NCBI GenBank assembly: GCA_951406725.2
Contig: OX597814.1
Coordinates: 201,996,001-202,060,000, forward strand
Reading direction: 5' to 3'
DNA from: Octopus vulgaris
Taxonomy: Eukaryota
DNA: 64,000 bases
A model generated the notes under the pieces. That model was given only the letters and a program-made list of their open reading frames with translations, did not search any database and was not told the origin of the DNA. Each line of letters starts with the position of its first letter. Position 1 is the stretch's first letter. The translations under genes were made by a program, and so were the position numbers. Positions 53,385-64,000 of the stretch are shown in pieces.

Positions 53385-53880
53385 TTTTTTTTTGCTGGTA
53401 CTGTCTGATAGATGCTACATGACATTTGAAGGTTGTCTGCACTGATCTCAAGCCTCTATCTTCTTCATCTCTTCTTAGATACAGCCTGTCAATATCACTC
53501 TTTCTGTGGAGATTTGATGTTAGAATTTTGCGGGTTTTAATGTCTATGGAGTGGATTTCATCTACAGACCTGTCAAGTATCCCAAATATTGCAATCAGCA
53601 TTCGCACCGCAAATTCATTGTGGAATATTGTCTTATTGTAAGAGGAGAGATGCGACTGTCATATTTTTCTAAGTCTGGTGTAATATTCTCGGGTGACTCT
53701 ATCTTTATTCTCAGCAACATCGTATGAGATATTTTCATAAATGCTTAGATAGATGATTGTAGCATTCTTTGTGTGGAACTTGAGAATGGTAATGCACTGC
53801 TTTTGGGCCTGAGGGAATGATTTTTCCATGTTCAACAATCAAATATGAGCATTTCCTTTGAAAATGTTAACTGTTTTTCT
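53385..53880 (-). pseudogene. Non-LTR retrotransposon fragment (end of RT / post-RT region)
   Basis: DIKTRKILT..H.KSDIDRLYLRR..RGL motif. Confidence 0.75.
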
Positions 53881-54238
53881 CTTTTTATTTCTGTTTTCAT
53901 TAACATTTTTAGTATAAATCTGCAGGCGATCCACTGCAGGCTATCCACAAAGAAATAACGGGTTACATTAATATCTGGAGTAGGAACGGCTCCTACCGTA
54001 CACTAATTTGAATTTTGTTACAAGAATGATCGTGGATATAATGCCAAAATGAACAGATTTACAGAAAGACTATTTCCTTGGAATATTTTTCTTTGAAATA
54101 TTTATAACATTCGAGGCGATCTTCGCGTGCTCTCTTGTAAATGGTAGAATTGTTGCCCAGGTCTTTGAGAGCCTCTCAATGGTAGCAACTATGGTAACAG
54201 GTACTTTTGCAAAAAAGAAAAAAAAATCTAGACACCTT

Positions 54239-54625
54239 GTGGAAGCACTCCGTCGGTTACGACGATGAGGGTTCCGGTTGATCCGAATCAACGGAACAGC
54301 CTGCTCGTGAAATTAACGTCTAAGTGGCTGAGCACTCCACAGACACGTGCACTCTTAACGTAGTTCTCGGGGATATTCAGCGTGACACAGAAAGTGACAA
54401 GGCCGGCCCCTTGAAATACAGGTACAACAGAAAGAGGAAGTAAGAGTGAGGGAAAGTTGTGGTGAAAGAGTACAGCAGGGATAACCACCATCCCCTGCCG
54501 GAGCCTCGTGGAGCTTTTAGGTGTTTTCGTTCAATAAACACTCACAACGCCCGGTCTGGGAATCGAAACCGCGATCCTATGACCGCGAGTCCGCTGCCCT
54601 AACCACTGGGCCATTGCGCCTCCAC
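54239..54625 (-). mobile_element. Family B SINE
   Basis: TSD TCTAGACACCTT (54227-54238, 54626-54637). Confidence 0.92.
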
Positions 54626-56716
54626 TCTAGACACCTTAGCAGTCAGGAGAAAGGAATACAGTCGAGGGAGAGATATCTGCATCCATGCACACACACATAC
54701 AGGGAGAGACAGTCAGACAGATTGATAAATAGATAGTCATGTAGATATATATGTTGCTAGACAGATTGATATCTATCTATTTATGCGTAAAAACATGTAT
54801 GCGTGTATATATGTGTAAATGTATGCACTCATGTATGTATGTATGATGTACGTGGGTATTCTTTCTAAATCTTAACTATCATTGTAGTTCAAAACTAGTA
54901 AAGAAATAAAGAACATTTATTTATACGAACTCAAATGTTAGAATAACGTTTAAATATCGATATTAATAAACAATTCGAAGTTATTCACTGCGACAACGTT
55001 ATAATTACATTTTCTCACCGAAATGGGAGAAATATCCGTATCATATTTGTATTATTTTTACATGAAAGTTTATTCCAATAGAATATTTTATATAATCCAC
55101 TTATATTTTGGTAGGAGAAAAAATAAACGAAACAGATTTGGTTACTTGTCCATTATATGAGAATAATTTAGCAATTTTCTCTCAGTTTCATTACAAAATA
55201 TCGTCGTAACAGTGTCACGGTGGGTTATTCCTTCAGATTCTTCAAAATGTGACTTCTCGATGTTTGTAATGATATTTCAACATCTAAGATTTAATAATAA
55301 ATGTTTGCTGTTTTAGTAGTTTTAAACTTTCATGGCGTAACATATAATGGTAAGATAAAGAGGTTGTTTTAGATTTATTTATTTAAAGGCATTTTTTTAA
55401 GGTCCAAATAGACATATACATATAGTGAAGTCAATAAATAAAATTGAAAAGAAAAAGACAACACAAGGAGGGACGAGTTTTAACAATTACTGTATTAGTT
55501 TGACGCTTAAGATGGAAATGAAAGAGTATAATGTTTCAGATTTTTGTCCTTCTTTGGAAGAAAAGTATAGAAGGAGTGTGAAAGAGAAAAAAATCTAGAG
55601 AGAAAAGGAAAGCAAATAGAGAAATAAGAAAAAGAAAGGTGAAGGAGGAGATTGGGTTATGGGAGATTACGTGCTGTATGAGGGGAAGTGAATAAAGATA
55701 ACAGATATGTGTAAGTATTTAAAATGTATTTTAAAGGCATTTAGCCAAAACAGATTAACACAGAAGGGACAAGTTCTAACAATCAATAGCTTTAAATGGA
55801 TGGAAAATAGTCTTAACGTTTCGGATGTTAGTCTTTCATCAGAAGAAAAGTATATGGAGAAAACGCGGACATGGCTCTATGATTAAGAAATTTGCTTCCC
55901 AATCCCATGATTTGGGGTGTTGTCTCAATATGGGAAACTTTAGAAAAGTTTTTTCTGCTATAGCTTTGACCAAAGCTTTGTGGGTGGAGTTGGTAAGTGG
56001 AAACTGAAAGAAGCCCGTCATACGTGAACGTGTATGTATGTGTGTGCATGTGTATATATTTATGAGTTTGTTTAGATTTGTGCTTCTCCGAAACTACTGA
56101 CCTACAAGTAGTGACATTGTTGCCATTTCCCCTGTCAACAAAACCGCTACTGGCTTCGTATCATCAACGTAAAAGATATTTGAAAAATAAGTGTTAGTGA
56201 CAGGAAACGTCACCCAGTTGTAAAACAATACCTCACTAATGTATTCATCTAATCTATAATAGCCTGAAGGAACAGGTGTAAAAACAAACAAATTATTTGT
56301 AACTGCCAACATCTTGAATCATTTATTGCACACTAATGCTCAGACTATAGATGCACCAACAGTTATGGAAAACAAATTAATCTAAAAAAGATACAAGCAA
56401 CCAAGCAAGAAAACTCATGTAAATATTATTGAGAAGGCTAGTGTGCTTTTCTTTTTTTGGTAGTTTTTGCTTTTGATTTTTCTTTCTTTCTTTTTTTATT
56501 ATTTTTTCTAACGCATTGCAATATTCTAGTTCTTCTATTTTGGGAATGAATAAAGTTGCATTGAAAATGAAGTTCATTCCAAGTTTTACTATTTCTGTAA
56601 CGAGTAATGTTTATATGGAATGGTTTCTAGGATTACAAACATTTCTCAAGTAGCGAGTAGTGAAGCAGGTGTAAATATGTGTCTATAAGTGTGTATGTAT
56701 AAATATATATATAAAT

Positions 56717-56761
<45 letters not shown>

Positions 56762-56777
56762 TATATACATATATATG

Positions 56778-56823
<46 letters not shown>

Positions 56824-56851
56824 TATATATATATACAAATATATATATGTA

Positions 56852-56924
<73 letters not shown>

Positions 56925-57512
56925 GATGATGATATATGTATGTATGTATGATTGTATTTACACACTCTCTCACACACACATACATGTATGTATGTATCTA
57001 TAATGAAATGGGGTTTTTTTTAATGCAGACCAACACAAAGACAATAGAGCCATTATCACTTGAGTCTTGAGGAACGAAGCAAGAGAAAGAAACACAGAAA
57101 TTATATGCAGAATAAAAACCCAAATTAGATCGACGAGATGCAAAAAAGAAAGAAAAATTACCTAAAGTGTTGATTTCCATATAGCTGTTACTTAGATTCA
57201 AAGGTGAAGCAGTAAGTTATAGCAAACCTATAAGAGTTGGGCAGTTTGAAAGTGAAAGTAGAGATGTTTAATTGAATCATAGTGAAAATGCCTTTTGTTC
57301 CATTACTGGTTACATAATAACATTGAAGAGAGACAAGGTTCTATTTGGTGTTAATAGGTTCCTTTGATTGCAAATCTATTTGCAAATAACTTTCCCTCGT
57401 TGTACATGTTCTCCGATCCGGGTTTACAAGTTGATGTAATTCGACATGGAAAGCTCCATAGAGGCCACATCTATGAACTGTTTTTTCTCTCTTTACATTT
57501 TGTTTTATTATG

Positions 57513-57730
<218 letters not shown>

Positions 57731-58111
57731 ATTATTATTATCATTATTATTATTATTATTATCATTATTATTATTATTATTATTATGTTTACTATAAGCA
57801 CAGGTATGGGTCTATGATTGAGAAATTGTTCTGAAGTTCTCAGCTCAGTCCCACAAAGCGCCATTTTGTGTAAACATCTGTGCCTATAGTCCCAAGTTTG
57901 ACCAAAGCCTTGTGAATAGACTTGGTAGAAGGAAACTGTGTAGAAGCCTGTTGTATATGCATACAGGGTGTGGAAGGAAAATCTCTCATATTTTATGTAG
58001 CTATTGGTGTGGTGCTAGGGAAATTAGACAGGGGGTTAAGGTATCTTCATTTAGCTAATGTTTTCTGCTTTTTATTTACAATTATAATTTCCTGTTGATA
58101 TATTCAACACC

Positions 58112-58675
58112 AAAGGTGGTGAGCTGGCAGAAACGTTAGTACACTGAACGAAATGCTTAACAGTATTTTGTCTGCCGTTATGTTCTGAGTTCAAATTCCG
58201 CCGAAGTCAACTTTGCTTTTCATCCATTCGGGGTCGATTAAATAAGTACCAGTCACTCACAAGGATCAATATAATCGACTTAATCCGTTTGTCTGTCCTT
58301 GTTTGTCCTTTCTGTGTGTAGCCCCACGTGGGCAGTAAAGAAATAGGTATTTCGTCTGCCGTTATGTTCTGAGTTCAAATTCCACCGAGGTCGACTTTGC
58401 CTTTCATCCTTTCGGGGTCGATAAATTAAGTACTAATTACGCACTGGGGTCGATGTAATCGACTAAAGAAATAAGAAACATTATCATGCCGGGCAAAATG
58501 CTTAGCATTATTATCTCTGTCTTTACGTTATGAGTTCAAATTCTGCCAAGGTCGACTTTGCTTTTCATCCTTTCAGGGTCAGTAAACTAAGTACCAGTTG
58601 TGCAGAGGGGTCGATCTAATCGACTGGCCGCCCTCCCCCCAAAATTTCAAGCCTTGTGCCAAGAGGAGAAAAGGT
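58112..58675 (+). mobile_element. Family C SINE trimer
   Basis: Three GAGTTCAAATT..CATCC bodies; TSD TATATTCAACACC (58099-58111, 58676-58688). Confidence 0.88.
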
Positions 58676-58917
58676 TATATTCAACACCGATCTGAGATTT
58701 TCTTGCCTCACCCTATATAAATATATCCATTCATACATACATTTGTACATACATATGTTTGTATGTATGTATGTGTGTATGTATGTGTGCGTGTGTGTGT
58801 ATGTGTGCGTGTATGTGTGTGTGTGTTTTACCCCCTTGACAGTTAGTGCTTGTTTTCTTAAGTCCTCATAACTTAGCAGTTGTGTATGTATGAATATATA
58901 TCAATGTTTATATAACA

Positions 58918-59130
58918 GGTGCAGGAGTGGCTGTGTGGTAAGTAGCTTGCTTACCAACCACATGGTTCCAGGTTCATTCCCACTGTGTGGAACCTTGGGC
59001 AAGTGTCTTCTACTATAGCCTCGAGATGACCAAAGCCTTGTGAGGGGATTCGGTAGATGGAAACTGGAAGAAGCCTGTCGTATATGTGTGTGTGTGTATC
59101 TTTGTGTCTGTGTTTGTCCCCCCACCATTG
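58918..59130 (+). mobile_element. Family D SINE 5' half
   Basis: GGTGCAGGAGTGGCTGTGTGG head. Confidence 0.85.
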
Positions 59131-59294
59131 TATTCTTTATGCAAAACTGATTGGTATGATCAGCCATGATGGATATTTGATACTGTTCTTTATGCATAAT
59201 ACATGTATATATATGTGTGTGTGTGTGTATATATATGCATATATATGTATTATATATATATACAGAGAGAGAGAAAGAGAGATAAATACATATG

Positions 59295-59343
<49 letters not shown>

Positions 59344-59479
59344 CAAGAAGCTTTATGAAAATAAACAAAAGACGAAGGCAAGTGGAATACTAACAAACAA
59401 TTGTATTAGTATGGCGACACATACATACATATGTATTTATCTTCCTCTCTCTCTCTATATATATATAAACTGAACAATG

Positions 59480-59929
59480 ACATACATACATACATGCATA
59501 CATACATACACACATACATAAATACATGCATGCAGACATACATACATACATACATACATACATACATGCATGCATGCATACATACATACATACACATACA
59601 CATACATACATACACACATATACATACATATATACACACACATACATACACACACACGCACATACATACATACATACACACATATACATACATACATACA
59701 TGCATACATACACACATACATACATACATACATGCATACATACACACATACATACATACATACATGCATACATACATGCATACATACATACATACATACA
59801 TACATACATACATGCATGCATACATACATACATACATACATACATACATACATACATACATTACATACATACATACATACATACATGCATGCATGCATAC
59901 ATACATACATACATACATACATACATACA

Positions 59930-59960
<31 letters not shown>

Positions 59961-60178
59961 CATACATACACACATATACATACATACATACATATATATA
60001 CATATATACATACATACACACATACATACATACATACATACATACATACACACATACATACATACATACATACATACATACATACATTCATACATACATA
60101 CATACATACATACATACATACATACATACATGCATGCATACATACATACATACATACATACATACATACATACATACA

Positions 60179-60209
<31 letters not shown>

Positions 60210-60389
60210 CACACATATACATACATACATACATATATATACATACATACATACATACACACATACATACATACATACATACATACATACATACATACAT
60301 ACATACATACATACACATACATACATACATACATACATACATACATACATACATACATACATACATACATACATACATGCATGCATACA

Positions 60390-60420
<31 letters not shown>
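59480..60420. repeat. ~940-bp (TACA)n array
   Basis: Direct reading; source of the longest spurious ORFs. Confidence 0.97.
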
Positions 60421-61120
60421 TTACCTCCATACATGTGACTGAATCTTTATTCACGTTTATCAAAACATCAATTTATAACCCTTTCTATCAAAATTTTATT
60501 ACAACAAACAGAAATCCAGTAAGTAATGACCAATAAAAGAAAAACTGGACGTGAATATGATTACCTAAAAACCCCTTCAATACAGTTCCCCTTGGCATGG
60601 CTGCAGTCTACCAACTGAAACCAGGAACATGTGTAAAAGACCATATGATTCTTTATATTTTCTTTTCTAGCTCACTTCCCTGTGTATCTTCACTAAATTG
60701 AGACAGAGTAATTTATATTTTTTGCAGCAGAGTATTAAATGTACTGACCTAACTTCATTTTACAGTCATTTATTCTGGACAGAAGTCTGTAGGATATGGG
60801 CCAAAAGATTTGAGGACAGGACAAACAAATTTTCCTTTCTTTCACTCTGTTGTATATTTTTATATATATTTGTTGTTTTCTTCTCATTCTTCTCTCCCCG
60901 CCTCTCTCCTTCTCCTTCTCTTTGTCTCTCTTTCACAATATATGTGAATATATAGCATATATACATATATATATATATATATATGCATTCTTATATTCCA
61001 GTATGTATGTATGTTTGTGTATAGTATATATATAATACATACACACACACATATATGAACATATATGTTTATCATCATCATCATCATCATATACATATTA
61101 ATATATATATATATATATAT

Positions 61121-61176
<56 letters not shown>

Positions 61177-61204
61177 ATATATATATATATTCACACACAC
61201 AGAG

Positions 61205-61298
<94 letters not shown>

Positions 61299-62090
61299 GA
61301 ATATACATATAAGAAGAGACATCTCACCGTTTTCCCCCACCCTGCTCCCACCACTCCATTCAACTCCACACACTCGCATTATTTCCTTTCAACATTTCTG
61401 AAAGGCCAGCAGCCGAAACATATACATCATCTCAGAGTATGTATGCATGCATGTATGTATGTATCTACGTATATATGTACGTATATATATATATGTGTGT
61501 GTTCTATAAATACAGTTTGCTGCCAAACACAGCCATTATAACTTATAACAGTAGGAGATATTCCACCTTTCACAGACTCTTCATCACATTTATGCGCCAG
61601 GTTCACACAACCAGTGAACTATGACTGACATGCTATCCATTATCTTGAATGGAAACGGAAGCTTGTTCCATCCTTGCCGATTCCACTATTTTCCTTCGTT
61701 ATGTTACACTCGAAATAAAAGGTAAACTAACGTTGCAACCAATTTCAGGATTTCTTCTCCTTTCTTTCTTCTTGCTTGTTTTTTTTTTTTGTATTTGTTC
61801 TTTTTGTTGTTGTTGTTGTTGTTTTAGAGAAGGCGTGGCGAACAGGATTGTTTTTGAATTTGATTTTGTAGTTTTTTTGTTTTTTTTTGGGGGGGGCTGG
61901 TTCTTGACTTTTGTAGCATACAAAATACTCCTAATTTCTTCTTTTGTGCCTGTGTACATATATATGGATATAAATATGTATATATGTGTGTATATATATG
62001 TGTGTGTGTGAGTGTATGCGTATGCATGTGTGTACATATATATGTATATGCATATTTGTATGTAGGTATGTGTGTGTGTGTGCGTGTATG

Positions 62091-62148
<58 letters not shown>

Positions 62149-62162
62149 CATACACATATCCA

Positions 62163-62555
62163 TAGGAGTGGCTGTGTGGTAAGTAGCTTGCTTATGAACT
62201 ACACGGTTCCGGGTTCAGTCCCACCGTGTGGCACATTGGGCATGTGTCTTCTACTATAGCCGCGGGCCAACCAATGCCTCATGAGTGGATATATAAGAAG
62301 CCCGTCATATATATGTATATATAAATATATATAGGTATGTATGTTTATATGTTTGTGTGTCTGTGTTTGTCGCCCCAACATCGCTTGACAACCGATGCTG
62401 ATGTGTTTATGTCCCTGTAACTTAGCAGTTCGGCAAAAGAGACCAATAGAATAAGTACTAAGCTTACAAAGAATAAGTCTTGGGGTCGATGTGCTCAACT
62501 AAAGGTGGTGCTCCAGCATGGCCATACTCAAATGACTGAAACAAGTAAAAGAGAG
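62163..62555 (+). mobile_element. Family D SINE
   Basis: Full-length match with a small deletion. Confidence 0.88.
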
Positions 62556-62617
62556 ATACACACACACACACAGATCATCGTTTAATGTCTGCTTTCCATG
62601 CATATATAACATATATA

Positions 62618-62952
62618 AAGGGTAAAGACCCCCTTCGGTCATGAATGACCATGGGATTGCACCTAGAAAGTTACCCTCCTAGATACAAGTCCGGGCAAGG
62701 TTGTTTATGGAAGACCAGCAGTCGCCTATGCATACCAGCCTCCCCTCTCCACGCCACCAGTGTTATCCAAGGGAAAGACAAAGGTCGATACAGCTTGGCA
62801 CCAGTGACATCGCAACTCATTTCTACAGCTGAGTGAACTGGAGCAACGTGAATATAAAGTGCCTTGCTCAAGAACACAACACGCAGCCCGGTCCGGGATT
62901 CGAACTAACAACCTCACGATCGTAAGCTCGATGCTCTAACCACTGAGCCATG
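62618..62952 (-). mobile_element. tRNA(Arg-like)-derived SINE, family I, with CORE-like segment
   Basis: TGGCTCAGTGG A box, CTTACGAT loop, AGTTCGAATCCC B box, then GTTCTTGAGCAAGGCACTT. Confidence 0.8.
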
Positions 62953-63387
62953 ATACATTCATATATATGTATATGTATATATCTATATTTATATATATAC
63001 ATATAGATACACGTACACACACACACACATATATATACATATATGCGTATATATGTCTGTATGCATATGTACATGTGTGTGCAAATATGTATGTATTCAT
63101 GTATGTATATATGTATGAACAGATGGGTGGATGGGTGGATGGGTGGATGGATGGATGTGTGTGTATCTCTACATGTATGGATGAATGTATGTGTGTGTGT
63201 GTTTCTTTTTGTATGTGACAGTGAAAGAAAGAAGATATGTGTGTCATATATAGAGCATGACGTATCTCACGGGCTAAGTGCACTCATGCATTTTGCACAT
63301 GCATTAGCTGTAGATAGTAAAATAAATAACCTGTGTGTATGTGTGTGCATGTATGTTAGTGTAAGGTGAGGAGAGAAAAACAGAGAG

Positions 63388-63615
63388 ATCATCATCATCA
63401 TCATCATCATCCTTTAACGTCTGTGTCTCATGCCAGCATGGGTTGGAGGGTTTGACAGGAGCTGGCAAGCTGGAGGGCTGCCCCCGGCTCCAGTCGCCTA
63501 CTTTGGCATAGTTTCTGTGACTGGATGCCCTTTCTAAAGCAAGCCACTTTACAGAGTGTACTAGGTGCCTTTTATATGGCACCACCACCAGTGCTTTTTA
63601 TATGCCACCAGCACC
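63388..63615 (-). mobile_element. Family E copy, diverged
   Basis: (CAT)n tail plus E body. Confidence 0.78.
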
Positions 63616-64000
63616 CAACAGGGTCACTAAATACTTTGCAAAACAAAAAACAAAAGAAAGAACGTGCTGACCAAAGCCTTGTGAGTGGATTTGGTAGACG
63701 GAAACTGAAAAAATCTTGTTGTAAATATACATATATATATATATTATGGAGATGTACTTGCATAGCGAGTGACTTGATTTGAGATCGTGTGCTGGAACGA
63801 AACCAATTGCAGTGTGGAAGGTGTTTATAAGCCATTTAAGAAACACAAAAAAACTGTTAGACTCACTTCAACATTTAAATTTAATTTGCCAAATTTTTGT
63901 CGCTTTGAGACTGCGACCTGTTCACTGACAAAACTTCATGCTGCACGAAGTTTTGTCAGTAAACAGGTCACGGTCTGAAAGCGAGGAAATGTTGAAGTGA

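Noticed and set aside
59390-60536. ORFs of 200-340 aa
   Set aside because: Translations of the (TACA)n array. The same applies to YI, poly-D, poly-S and poly-E ORFs elsewhere.

Overview
AT-rich eukaryotic intronic/intergenic DNA saturated with microsatellites and transposable elements. The repeat landscape resembles an octopus (cephalopod) genome, which is an inference from style. No intact host gene is supportable and almost all long ORFs are microsatellite artefacts. Contents: at least six SINE-like families (labelled B, C, D, E, H, I here), several with clean TSDs and nesting; a Merlin-type MITE, two piggyBac-type MITEs and two non-autonomous Helitrons; decayed maT/mariner transposons; R4/Dong-like LINE fragments; and two Penelope-like GIY-YIG endonuclease remnants. 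The most notable hidden layer is a set of type I hammerhead ribozyme motifs in about six unrelated short element families, arranged as outward-facing inverted pairs or tandem monomers next to simple repeats. One family (F) joins a tRNA-derived Pol III head to a hammerhead body, and one F insertion is a TSD-flanked palindromic composite carrying a locally copied segment. All folds and coordinates were derived by eye, and boundaries of old repeats are approximate.
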